64,000 nucleotides of DNA from the NCBI GenBank assembly GCA_016390365.1, contig GCA_016390365.1_3043.1. One strand, given 5' to 3'. Origin of the DNA: a phage. The translations under genes were made by a program, and so were the position numbers. Below are positions 1 through 8,356 of the stretch, one piece after another. A model generated the notes under the pieces. It was not told the origin of the DNA, did not search any database, and saw only the letters and a list, made by a program, of their open reading frames with translations. Numbering within the stretch: the stretch's first letter is position 1; each line of letters opens with the position of its first letter.

Positions 1-1
1 G

Positions 2-289
2 ATTCTTTATGCTAAAGTATCATCCATTGAAAATGGATATAAATATGATCAAGAAGCAGCTAAAGCCTTGATTGATGATTACGGCATTTTAACATGTTTT
101 GAAGTTGAAAAGGTTTACATTGACCGTTCATCTTCACAAGTTAAATTAGTGAAGGAAGACCGTAAATTTAATACAGTAAATTTTGATTTCTTTATTGAAA
201 CAGAAAAAGGTCTTCTTGAATATGATATTTTCAAGAATCCTTTGGGTCTTGAATGTATTAAATATACTTACATTAACGCAGCATGGTGA
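2..289 (+). CDS. 3' portion of a gene that starts upstream of the window; hypothetical protein
   Basis: Frame open from window edge to stop at 287-289; no in-frame ATG (track ORF begins at TTG 68). Confidence 0.4.
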   Translation: MLYAKVSSIENGYKYDQEAAKALIDDYGILTCFEVEKVYIDRSSSQVKLVKEDRKFNTVNFDFFIETEKGLLEYDIFKNPLGLECIKYTYINAAW

Positions 290-292
290 AAA

Positions 293-535
293 ATGAATAT
301 TTGTTTAGGTACTACAATTCCACAGGGTTACGTAATTGATGTCACTACCTGGGAAAATGATGGTGACAACTATAAAACTAAAACACTGTTTGGCGTAGAA
401 GAGCATGAAATCTTACAATTTCAATATCTTTTAAAGAAGTTTAAAAGTAGACATTCTAGTACTAAAGCTGAACGTTATTGTGGTAATGGCTTGTTCAGCG
501 AGCAATCGCTTTTTATTTATGGAATACTTGGTTGA
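293..535 (+). CDS. hypothetical protein, probable N-terminal part of a gene split by a frameshift
   Basis: ATG 293; stops 17 nt after a T5 run (510-514); downstream ORF continues in another frame. Confidence 0.4.
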   Translation: MNICLGTTIPQGYVIDVTTWENDGDNYKTKTLFGVEEHEILQFQYLLKKFKSRHSSTKAERYCGNGLFSEQSLFIYGILG

Positions 536-809
536 AGGACTGTTATCAGAACAACTTTATCCAGAATTCATTAAAAAGGTTTTTGATATAGAAGTTGACC
601 TTGGTAATAAATCCGAAGAAGACGAAGAACGCGTATTTGACTTATTCTTTGTGAATGGTAATAAAGTGCTTGAAGGACTTATTAATATTTTAGGTAATGC
701 TTCTGAGTATTATGATTATGATTTTTTGCGTGTAGTTGAGAGTGTTAAATACTCTTATATAGAAAAAGAAATTGTTTTGCCGACCGTTAAAATGTTTAAT
801 TTGCTTTAA
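519..809 (+). CDS. hypothetical acidic protein, probable C-terminal part of the same split gene
   Basis: ATG 519 has no Shine-Dalgarno and overlaps 293-535; removing one T at 510-514 fuses both ORFs. Confidence 0.35.
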   Translation: MEYLVEGLLSEQLYPEFIKKVFDIEVDLGNKSEEDEERVFDLFFVNGNKVLEGLINILGNASEYYDYDFLRVVESVKYSYIEKEIVLPTVKMFNLL

Positions 810-895
810 GAATTATTTGTTATTATTAACTCATACCGCACTGATTAATACCCTCTATCATCAAGGGTTCTTGTTAGAGAGCCTTTGTTAATAAT

Positions 896-968
896 TGGGA
901 ATTAGCCAAGTTGGTAAGGCATAGCACTTTGACTGCTAGATGCAAAGGTTCGAGTCCTTTATTCCCAG
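896..968 (+). tRNA. tRNA-Gln (anticodon TTG)
   Basis: Acceptor TGGGAAT/ATTCCCA, anticodon loop CTTTGAC, T-loop GGTTCGAGTCC; matches my recollection of T4 tRNA-Gln. Confidence 0.85.
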
Positions 969-969
969 C

Positions 970-1056
970 GCGAGAATGGTCAAATTGGTAAAGGCACAGC
1001 ACTTAAAATGCTGCGGAATGATTTCCTTGTGGGTTCGAGTCCCACTTCTCGCACCA
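970..1056 (+). tRNA. tRNA-Leu (anticodon TAA), long variable arm, encoded CCA
   Basis: Acceptor GCGAGAA/TTCTCGC, anticodon loop CTTAAAA, T-loop GGTTCGAGTCC, 3' ACCA. Confidence 0.85.
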
Positions 1057-1061
1057 AATTT

Positions 1062-1135
<74 letters not shown>

Positions 1136-1145
1136 ATTTAATTTA

Positions 1146-1219
1146 CTCCGTGTAGCTCAGTTTGGTAGAGCGTCTGCTTTGGGAGCAGAATGTCGTAGGT
1201 TCAAATCCTGCCGCGGAGA
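1146..1219 (+). tRNA. tRNA-Pro (anticodon TGG)
   Basis: Acceptor CTCCGTG/CGCGGAG, anticodon stem TCTGC/GCAGA with loop TTTGGGA, T-loop TTCAAAT. Confidence 0.85.
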
Positions 1220-1221
1220 CT

Positions 1222-1311
1222 GGAGGCGTGGCAGAGTGGTTTAATGCACCGGTCTTGAAAACCGGCAGTCGCTCCGGCGACTCATAGGTTCAAATCCTAT
1301 CGCCTCCGCCA
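1222..1311 (+). tRNA. tRNA-Ser (anticodon TGA), long variable arm, encoded CCA
   Basis: Acceptor GGAGGCG/CGCCTCC, anticodon stem CCGGT/ACCGG with loop CTTGAAA, T-loop GGTTCAAATCC. Confidence 0.85.
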
Positions 1312-1316
1312 GTTTT

Positions 1317-1328
1317 GCTGATTTAGCT
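1317..1328 (+). pseudogene. tRNA 5' remnant (acceptor strand plus start of D-arm only)
   Basis: GCTGATTTAGCT looks like a canonical tRNA 5' end (as I recall T4 tRNA-Thr) but no D-loop, anticodon or 3' half follows; next gene starts 30 nt later. Confidence 0.25.
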
Positions 1329-1358
1329 TGGTGTATTGAATAAGTAGAGAAATTTGTG

Positions 1359-1841
1359 ATGAAAGAAGATTATGCAAAATATATTTCTCAGCGGAATTCT
1401 GCTATACGTAGAAACATTGAATGGAATTTAACTTTTGATGAATGGCTGCATTGGTGGAAATCAACGGGAAAATATGATAAGCGTGGAAGAAAGGGTCATG
1501 AATACTGCATGTGCCGTTTCGGCGATAAAGGACCATATTCATTAAATAACATATATTGCGCAACTAATAATCAAAATACAAAAGATGCGAGACTAAATAA
1601 TAGATTTCCTCCAAAATCTAAAAATTTTAATTTTAATGGTCGAAAACACTCGGCACAGTCCTTAGAAAAAATTTCTAAAAATAATGCAAGTACCTTAAGC
1701 CAAGATGAGATAACTAGACGATTAAAAATATTAGAAAATTTTAATATGGATGAACGAGGTTTTATTAAAAATTATGCAAACGCTATAAATGTTAGCCATA
1801 CTCAAGCTAGAAAGTTTTTAAATAAATATTACATAAAATAA
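1359..1841 (+). CDS. hypothetical basic protein embedded in the tRNA cluster; weak resemblance to degenerate homing-endonuclease-like proteins
   Basis: ATG 1359 (track start is GTG 1356); 160 aa, Lys/Asn-rich; sits where a tRNA would be expected. Confidence 0.5.
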   Translation: MKEDYAKYISQRNSAIRRNIEWNLTFDEWLHWWKSTGKYDKRGRKGHEYCMCRFGDKGPYSLNNIYCATNNQNTKDARLNNRFPPKSKNFNFNGRKHSAQSLEKISKNNASTLSQDEITRRLKILENFNMDERGFIKNYANAINVSHTQARKFLNKYYIK

Positions 1842-1849
1842 GAAAATTT

Positions 1850-1924
1850 GGCCCTGTAGCTGGAAGGTTCAAGCAAGCGACTCATAATCGCCAGATGGTG
1901 GTTCAATTCCACCCAGGGCCACCA
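1850..1924 (+). tRNA. tRNA with CAT anticodon (Met or lysidine-Ile)
   Basis: Acceptor GGCCCTG/CAGGGCC, anticodon loop CTCATAA, T-loop GGTTCAATTCC, encoded CCA. Confidence 0.8.
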
Positions 1925-1930
1925 AATTAA

Positions 1931-2017
1931 GGGGAGTTATCCCGTAGAGGTAGCGGTGTGGACTGTAAATTCATTGTCATTGCGACTCGGGTGGTTCGAC
2001 TCCACCACTCCCCACCA
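1931..2017 (+). tRNA. tRNA-Tyr (anticodon GTA), long variable arm
   Basis: Acceptor GGGGAGT/ACTCCCC, anticodon loop CTGTAAA on a stem with two G-U pairs, T-stem GGTGG/CCACC; D-arm atypical. Confidence 0.6.
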
Positions 2018-2021
2018 ATTT

Positions 2022-2096
2022 GGATGTGTAGCTCAATGGCAGAGCGATCGCCTGTTAAGCGATTGGTTATAGGTTCGAATCCTATCACGTCCGCCA
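2022..2096 (+). tRNA. tRNA-Asn (anticodon GTT)
   Basis: Acceptor GGATGTG/CACGTCC, anticodon stem ATCGC/GCGAT with loop CTGTTAA, T-loop GGTTCGAATCC, encoded CCA. Confidence 0.8.
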
Positions 2097-2100
2097 AATC

Positions 2101-2176
2101 CGAGGCATAGCTCAGAAGGAAGAGCAAGGACCTTCTAAGTCCTGGGTCGTAGGTTCGATCCCTACTGCCTCGACCA
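2101..2176 (+). tRNA. tRNA-Arg (anticodon TCT)
   Basis: Acceptor CGAGGCA/TGCCTCG, anticodon stem AGGAC/GTCCT with loop CTTCTAA, T-loop GGTTCGATCCC, encoded CCA. Confidence 0.85.
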
Positions 2177-2490
2177 GACAAGAAGCCGGGTCGCTACCGG
2201 CAAGTCGTCGGACTGATGTTCCCTGAGTAAGGAATTGCGTTAATAATCTTTGCGTTTATTGATGCCCTCTTACATCACAGCAGAAACGGCGCACCGAATT
2301 ATCGATTCGAGGAAATATCTTTGCCGTAAGCCGAGTAGCGTTTTTGACGGAACGTTCGGATATGGTCGAGATATGGCTTTTTAAAAATATTGAGTAGCGT
2401 CAACTGCTTAATAACCGGGTTCGAATCCCGGCGTTTCGTACAAACACTTGCCTTAGCAGGTGGAACCCCGACAAGGTTGCCGCAAGGCTT
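2177..2490 (+). ncRNA. putative stable structured RNA region downstream of tRNA-Arg
   Basis: No credible ORF on the + strand; tRNA-like T-arm CCGGGTTCGAATCCCGG at about 2414-2430; ends at a strong terminator; position matches the small stable RNAs of T4 as I recall. Confidence 0.35.
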
Positions 2491-2518
2491 AGCCCCGACC
2501 GAAAGGTTGGGGCTTTTT
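2491..2518 (+). terminator. intrinsic terminator (10-bp stem, GAAA loop, T5)
   Basis: AGCCCCGACC-GAAA-GGTTGGGGCT then TTTTT. Confidence 0.7.
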
Positions 2519-2520
2519 AG

Positions 2521-2528
2521 TATAAATA
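2521..2528 (+). promoter_or_regulatory. late promoter TATAAATA
   Basis: Exact TATAAATA 37 nt upstream of ATG 2565. Confidence 0.5.
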
Positions 2529-2564
2529 AGTATATTAAAACCACGAATTAAAACAGGAAATAAG

Positions 2565-3041
2565 ATGAAATCATATGCTCAATTTTTAAATGAAGCGGTG
2601 TTAAATGAAGCATCTAGCACTGAAATTCAAGCTGTTGCAAAAGCTGCCATTGCCGCGGGTAAATATTCCTATAAAGATGCTTCCGATGAATCACGATTCC
2701 AATTTGCTCGTGATATGAAAGCCGAAGGATTTACAGGGAATGCAGTTAGTATGGCTTGGAAAAGTTTAGTTGCTACTGGAGCTGCTTTTGCAAAGGCTTC
2801 AGGTAAACCTGCTCCTAAGGCTGATCCTAAAGCAGCACAAGAAAAAAAAAATATTGCTAAAGGAATTATCTCTAGGTATGAAGCAATTCTTAAAGAACTT
2901 TTGATAATCAAAACTGAAGGCCAAAAGCTAGCTCGTGCTTATAGTTTCAAAGATAACCCACATGTTCACTCTCTTGAATATGTTGAAGACATCCAAAAAA
3001 TTATTAAAGACCGCATTTGGTCTGCTAAACAAATCAAATAA
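2565..3041 (+). CDS. internal-protein-like protein with capsid-targeting-like N-terminus
   Basis: N-terminus MKSYAQFLNEA resembles the T4 IP targeting sequence MKTYQEFIAEA; Ala/Lys-rich; late promoter upstream; AGGA RBS. Confidence 0.55.
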   Translation: MKSYAQFLNEAVLNEASSTEIQAVAKAAIAAGKYSYKDASDESRFQFARDMKAEGFTGNAVSMAWKSLVATGAAFAKASGKPAPKADPKAAQEKKNIAKGIISRYEAILKELLIIKTEGQKLARAYSFKDNPHVHSLEYVEDIQKIIKDRIWSAKQIK

Positions 3042-3048
3042 CATTCTT

Positions 3049-3076
3049 AGCCCCAGCCGAAAGGTTGGGGCTTTTT
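3049..3076 (+). terminator. intrinsic terminator, near-copy of 2491-2518
   Basis: AGCCCCAGCC-GAAA-GGTTGGGGCT then TTTTT. Confidence 0.7.
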
Positions 3077-3194
3077 GGTATCTAGGCCTTTCCGGGCCTC
3101 TCTGGGCATCATTTAGTTTATACCCTTTATAATATATTATCCTACCTTTTAATTGTCCCTCCTGACCCTAGAATTCCCTAAAACTTTTTAAAAA

Positions 3195-3264
3195 ATTTTT
3201 TCACAAAACTGTTTACATCCCTGTTCTTCCATGGTACTATACAACTATCAACTACTGATACAGA
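3195..3264 (+). promoter_or_regulatory. early promoter cassette (promoter-stem-loop type), copy 1
   Basis: -35 GTTTAC 3211-3216, 18 nt spacer, -10 TACTAT 3235-3240; 70 nt identical to 44641-44710. Confidence 0.6.
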
Positions 3265-3283
3265 AAACAATTTGGAGAATGAA

Positions 3284-3547
3284 ATGGATAATTACGGCGA
3301 ACTGTTCAACTTCTTTATGAAATGTGTTTCAGAAGATTTCGGTCGTACAGTGAATGATATTAAAGTTATCGGTCCTGATCATCCGATGTTTGAAACTTAC
3401 GCAGTAATGGGTAATGAAGACGGTCAGTGGTATACTGTAAAGGTTGTGATTAACATGTTCACGGCAGAAGGTTATGTTAAACTGTCTTCTAAAGTTTACC
3501 ATGATAACGACGAAATCGCAGAAGAATATTTCAATAATATGAAATAA
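3284..3547 (+). CDS. hypothetical protein
   Basis: ATG 3284 after GGAG RBS (track start is TTG 3272). Confidence 0.55.
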   Translation: MDNYGELFNFFMKCVSEDFGRTVNDIKVIGPDHPMFETYAVMGNEDGQWYTVKVVINMFTAEGYVKLSSKVYHDNDEIAEEYFNNMK

Positions 3548-3616
3548 TTGTGTACAAACACCAAGGACGGTGTTATTATAGACTTATCAAAAACAAATAC
3601 AGAAACGGAGAAATAA

Positions 3617-3793
3617 ATGACTACTTTAATTATTTGGTTCGACGAAAATGAAGAAACATACTGCGTGAACATTGGCGAAAGCCCAATGCCAGAATTTGAA
3701 TCTTCAGATAAAAACTCGGTTGTATCTTGGGCTGAAGGTTATAAAGCAGCAAAAGGCGATGTTGAAATAGTTTACAAACTATCCGGAGTATAA
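3617..3793 (+). CDS. hypothetical small acidic protein (58 aa)
   Basis: ATG 3617 with GGAG RBS 6 nt upstream; below the track size cutoff. Confidence 0.45.
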   Translation: MTTLIIWFDENEETYCVNIGESPMPEFESSDKNSVVSWAEGYKAAKGDVEIVYKLSGV

Positions 3794-3836
3794 TACTCTC
3801 GTGGATTTTAAATCTTAATTAACCTAAGGAAATACT

Positions 3837-4430
3837 ATGAACACACTGAAGAAAATTGTTGAGTTTATTCGCACTAAACTTGGTTCTGCTATGGCTAAAA
3901 ATCTATCTGTTGAAGAGCAGTATACCGCTGCGGCAGCAAAACTACTTGATAAGATTAAAGACCTAAAAACTGCTTCCGTTAAATCTATTAATGAAGAAAA
4001 ACGTATTCGTGAACTTATTGTCGAAAAGAATCGACAAGCCGAATCAAAAGAGCGCGAAATTCGCAAGCTTCTTTCCGAAGGTCAAGATGTAACAATGCAT
4101 GCTAAACTCGGTTTACTATATCGTCGAACAGCTGAGCAGTTGACTACTAAGGCTGACGGTTATGCTGAAATGCGAATTGAAATCGCCAAGAAAGTAGTTG
4201 AGTTAGATGATGCTCGTCAAGAACTTGCGGTTAAATTGGAATATATCCGTGAAACTCGTGCAGCAAATGCCCTTGGAATTAGTACTGCCGATGATGTAGT
4301 TGAAATTGCAGCACTGACTAAGGTTGATATTGAAGATACCCTTGCTCGAGTTGAAACCTTTAACGGTAATATTTCTGGGGTTGAAACTACCTCTGCCGAT
4401 GTTCAGGAATACATTAATTCTCTGAAATAA
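3837..4430 (+). CDS. hypothetical coiled-coil protein
   Basis: AGGA RBS; heptad-rich Lys/Glu/Ala sequence. Confidence 0.55.
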   Translation: MNTLKKIVEFIRTKLGSAMAKNLSVEEQYTAAAAKLLDKIKDLKTASVKSINEEKRIRELIVEKNRQAESKEREIRKLLSEGQDVTMHAKLGLLYRRTAEQLTTKADGYAEMRIEIAKKVVELDDARQELAVKLEYIRETRAANALGISTADDVVEIAALTKVDIEDTLARVETFNGNISGVETTSADVQEYINSLK

Positions 4431-4471
4431 TGATAAGGGGCTTCGGCCCCTTATACTTGGAGTAAATAGGA

Positions 4472-5086
4472 ATGAAAATGAAAATGCAAAGTGATTTCAA
4501 TTCAATGTTTGAAGAGTTCCAAAGACAGGTTGATGTTCCAGACCAATTACTAAATGCTCTTAAACGCATGGCAGAAGGACGTAATTATTATTGGGGGTCT
4601 TCATATGAAACTGATGAAAGCCTTTCCGGAAGATTTTCTAGAGGTAAAAAGTCTTTAATACGTCCTGGAATACTCATTAACAGTATTGAATCAATTCATT
4701 CATTGACGTGTGATTTTGATGTTGAATTTACTGATTTCATTTCTCCTGAATGGACGGTTTGTTATTTAAACGACGATTATGATTATCTTGGCGTTTATAG
4801 TTTAAGTGATGCATGGTTTAAACGTAATTTACAAAAATCAAATTTATTTTATATTGATACTACGGTAAAATTTCAGGGAAAGAAATATTTCTTTACTCTT
4901 ATAGTTGACTCTGAAACAAAATATGAAAATAAGCGTATTCTTAGTAAAAAGAATATCTTAACTATTGTTGATGATCTTTTTGATAAATTCGTAGAAAATC
5001 CCAATTTTGAAAGCGATTTATTATTAGAAAAATTTGTTAAGGAATGTAGAGAATATGTCAAAGCCATCACTATACCTTCCAAGTAA
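4472..5086 (+). CDS. hypothetical protein
   Basis: ATG 4472 with GGAG RBS; C-terminus encoded by the junction element shared with the next three genes. Confidence 0.55.
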   Translation: MKMKMQSDFNSMFEEFQRQVDVPDQLLNALKRMAEGRNYYWGSSYETDESLSGRFSRGKKSLIRPGILINSIESIHSLTCDFDVEFTDFISPEWTVCYLNDDYDYLGVYSLSDAWFKRNLQKSNLFYIDTTVKFQGKKYFFTLIVDSETKYENKRILSKKNILTIVDDLFDKFVENPNFESDLLLEKFVKECREYVKAITIPSK

Positions 5087-5447
5087 ACCTGTGAAGTATG
5101 AACCAAAGCGTCAGCTAATTTCTACTGATGTATTAGTAGGTCCTGTGACAGCTGTATCATTTATAATCCTAATGATTATTGGAATAGTTATAGATGTTAC
5201 TACTGATATTGAATCAGACGCAGTATTTCTGTTAGTATTAATTCTTCCATTAGTAGTTCCATTTTTATTAGTACCTGTAAATTGGGTAGGATACTGGTAT
5301 CAAGGAAGACACTATCGTAAACGCGTACGCGAATGGAAAGCTCAGTGTAAAAAGATTAAAAAGGAACATCAGCTTAAACTTGCTGCGTATGAATTTAATG
5401 AAATTATGAAATTTGTTAAGGAATCACGATGCAAAAGCCAAAACTAA
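5055..5447 (+). CDS. small membrane protein, paralog 1 of 3
   Basis: ATG 5055 (track start is TTG 5034); hydrophobic helices; C-terminal FVKESRCK motif. Confidence 0.5.
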   Translation: MSKPSLYLPSKPVKYEPKRQLISTDVLVGPVTAVSFIILMIIGIVIDVTTDIESDAVFLLVLILPLVVPFLLVPVNWVGYWYQGRHYRKRVREWKAQCKKIKKEHQLKLAAYEFNEIMKFVKESRCKSQN

Positions 5448-5791
5448 ATAAAGTCAAATATTCGTTTCCAGAGGCACTATTAATTCTTGTCATATCAGCA
5501 TTTGCAGCTCTTGCAGGTAGTCTTATTGGATTAATGATTGACTGTCTTATTTTAAACATCGACGGCACAGTAAATATAACAGAAGTTTGGAGTGAGCTTT
5601 GTTATACTAAAATTATTTCATTGTTTTCATTCTTTGGTATCATTTTATATTTTCATTATGATAATTTTAAAATAAATTGGCAAAGAAAAAAGGATTACAA
5701 AATACAATTAAAAGAATATAATAACTACATGTCTTATATTGAAAAAGAATCAATGGAAGAGTTTGTGAGTGATTGCAGGAAAATTAAATGA
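5429..5791 (+). CDS. small membrane protein, paralog 2 of 3
   Basis: AGGA RBS; two hydrophobic helices; C-terminal FVSDCRKIK. Confidence 0.5.
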   Translation: MQKPKLNKVKYSFPEALLILVISAFAALAGSLIGLMIDCLILNIDGTVNITEVWSELCYTKIISLFSFFGIILYFHYDNFKINWQRKKDYKIQLKEYNNYMSYIEKESMEEFVSDCRKIK

Positions 5792-6276
5792 TTTTAAAAA
5801 CTCGCTGGTATGATTTAGATGATGGAGATGATGGCATTCCAGTTGATAGAGTTGATTGGAATGGCTGTTCCGAAGATATGAAAAATTTGTTGATTAGGGA
5901 GTTTAGAATGGGATATCAAGCAGTTAAGCCATCTACTGTAACAGACGATAAATTCGTTTGTATTCAAAACGGTCGTGCTAAGTTAACGAACGCTGAATGG
6001 TTTACGGATAAGAATATGCTTCTGTGGTATATCATTAGTCTTCCTGCGTCATCATTCGTATTTTACTTCTTTGGAAAAAATCCAATGGACAGAATAGGAG
6101 ATTGGGCTCTTTGTACTATATTTGTTAATATTTTTACTGCAGCAATATTATCCGGAATATGGTGTGTGTTCATTGAAATGCCATGGCGGTTACGCAGACA
6201 ACAAAAGATTTTTGATGAAAAGAAATATGCTCAAAATTTAAATAACTTTATCACTGAATGCAGGAAATTAAAATGA
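5788..6276 (+). CDS. small membrane protein, paralog 3 of 3
   Basis: ATG overlaps previous stop; hydrophobic helices; C-terminal FITECRKLK. Confidence 0.5.
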   Translation: MILKTRWYDLDDGDDGIPVDRVDWNGCSEDMKNLLIREFRMGYQAVKPSTVTDDKFVCIQNGRAKLTNAEWFTDKNMLLWYIISLPASSFVFYFFGKNPMDRIGDWALCTIFVNIFTAAILSGIWCVFIEMPWRLRRQQKIFDEKKYAQNLNNFITECRKLK

Positions 6277-6713
6277 AAACATTATCAGCTGGTATTATCT
6301 TTATGACAGAAGATAAAGATTTATTTATGGGTCGGGTTACTGGTTCTCGTAAGCCTGGAATGATGGCACATCGTTGGGATATTCCAAAGGGCCGCGTAGA
6401 AAATTCTGATTTAAGCGCACTAGATGCAGCACGAAGAGAATGCTTAGAAGAGACTGGTTTTAGCAATTATAATCCAGACCTTCTAGAAGACCTAGGTGTA
6501 TTTAAATATTCTAGTAATAAAGACTTACAGTTATTTTATTATACGATTCCAGTAGAGCATGAGATGTTCAGAAATTGCTATTGTGAGTCTTATTTTGAAA
6601 ATAAAGATGGCGTTATGATTCCAGAGATGGATGCTTTTGCTCTTATTCCTCGTACTCAGTGGCAATATGTGATGGGTCCTTCACTTTACCGAATAATGAA
6701 CAACCTCTTTTAA
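6258..6713 (+). CDS. nudE: Nudix hydrolase
   Basis: Nudix box GRVENSDLSALDAARRECLEETGF; alternative start ATG 6273 has the better RBS. Confidence 0.8.
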   Translation: MQEIKMKTLSAGIIFMTEDKDLFMGRVTGSRKPGMMAHRWDIPKGRVENSDLSALDAARRECLEETGFSNYNPDLLEDLGVFKYSSNKDLQLFYYTIPVEHEMFRNCYCESYFENKDGVMIPEMDAFALIPRTQWQYVMGPSLYRIMNNLF

Positions 6714-7244
<531 letters not shown>

Positions 7245-7248
7245 AGTT

Positions 7249-7278
7249 GTTTACTTTCTCCTAGAATTGTGATAGTAT
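7249..7278 (+). promoter_or_regulatory. early promoter
   Basis: -35 GTTTAC 7249-7254, 18 nt spacer, -10 TAGTAT. Confidence 0.5.
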
Positions 7279-7303
7279 ATTCACAGTTAATTGGAGGGAT
7301 AAA

Positions 7304-7720
7304 ATGACTCGTATTAATTTGACTTTAGTATCTGAACTTGCTGATCAACATTTAATCGCAGAATACCGTGAATTGCCACGTGTTTTTGGTATAGTTCGTA
7401 AACACGTGGCAAATGGTAAACGGGTTAAAGATTTTAAAATATCTTCCGAGTTTATTTTAGGTTCTGGTCATGTCACGTTCTTTTACGATAAGTTAGAATT
7501 TTTGCGAAAGCGTCAATCAGACATTATAACGGAATGCTTAAAACGTGGGTTTAGTATAAAAGATACTGAAGTTCCTGACATCAGCGATATTCCAGCAGAA
7601 TGGAAAAATGATTATAACCCATGCAAATCGGCTATTAAATTGAGTCAACAACGACTCGATGAAAAAATTTTAATGAAGCCACACTGGTATAAATACTACG
7701 GCAAAAATATTTACATTTAA
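7304..7720 (+). CDS. denV: endonuclease V, pyrimidine-dimer DNA glycosylase
   Basis: 138 aa; N-terminus [27 protein letters not shown] as in T4 endonuclease V. Confidence 0.9.
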   Translation: MTRINLTLVSELADQHLIAEYRELPRVFGIVRKHVANGKRVKDFKISSEFILGSGHVTFFYDKLEFLRKRQSDIITECLKRGFSIKDTEVPDISDIPAEWKNDYNPCKSAIKLSQQRLDEKILMKPHWYKYYGKNIYI

Positions 7721-7729
7721 AGGAAACAC

Positions 7730-8203
7730 ATGAAAACATATCAAGAATTTATCACTGAAGCAGCTATTAATTCTCAAATTATTGCTGAATCTTTTACTGA
7801 TCTTTTGAAATTTAAAAAAGGTCAAAAAATCACTGCTGTATTAGATGATGGTACAGAAGTTGAGATGGATGTACAGGGATATAATTATGCAGTAGATGGA
7901 AAACTGTATAATAAATCTCATGCTAAATTTGATTCATTTGACGATTTTGTTAATACAGTTGAAGATGAAAAAACTCGTAGATCCATTGCAACTGGCGACG
8001 CTAAGGTTCTTATGGCACACGGTCATGAACGTATCCGCGCCAAACAGAATAAAATGGGCGAAGATAATTTTGCATTAGTTGGTTATCAATCTGGTAAACA
8101 AACTTATGGTTATCAGCGTACTGCTACCATGTATAATAAAAATGGTAAAATCGCTTTCGTGAATAGCAAAGGCTCTATTCAGTACGTCAAATCATTCAAA
8201 TAA
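7730..8203 (+). CDS. internal protein (IPII/IPIII-like) with capsid-targeting sequence
   Basis: N-terminus MKTYQEFITEA matches the T4 IP targeting sequence; 157 aa. Confidence 0.7.
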   Translation: MKTYQEFITEAAINSQIIAESFTDLLKFKKGQKITAVLDDGTEVEMDVQGYNYAVDGKLYNKSHAKFDSFDDFVNTVEDEKTRRSIATGDAKVLMAHGHERIRAKQNKMGEDNFALVGYQSGKQTYGYQRTATMYNKNGKIAFVNSKGSIQYVKSFK

Positions 8204-8356
8204 GCAAATAAGAAATATGGGAACAACCTGGACCTCATGATTCTATGAGGGATTCCCGCCAACCTGTAATAAGGTCGAGCCCAAGTGCGGTAATGGGTAA
8301 ATACAGAAATGGACAATTCATGCGCCACGGAATGGCCCAAATTTAGAGAGAATAAA

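Noticed and set aside
1359-1841. Firm call of the tRNA-cluster ORF, or of 58406-59152, as an HNH homing endonuclease
   Set aside because: The resemblance to HNH-type segments is loose and the catalytic histidines are not evident; both are left as hypothetical with the possibility noted.
1927-2544. Minus-strand track ORFs 1927-2181 and 2299-2544
   Set aside because: They overlap tRNA-Tyr/Asn/Arg and the downstream structured RNA region, with no RBS.
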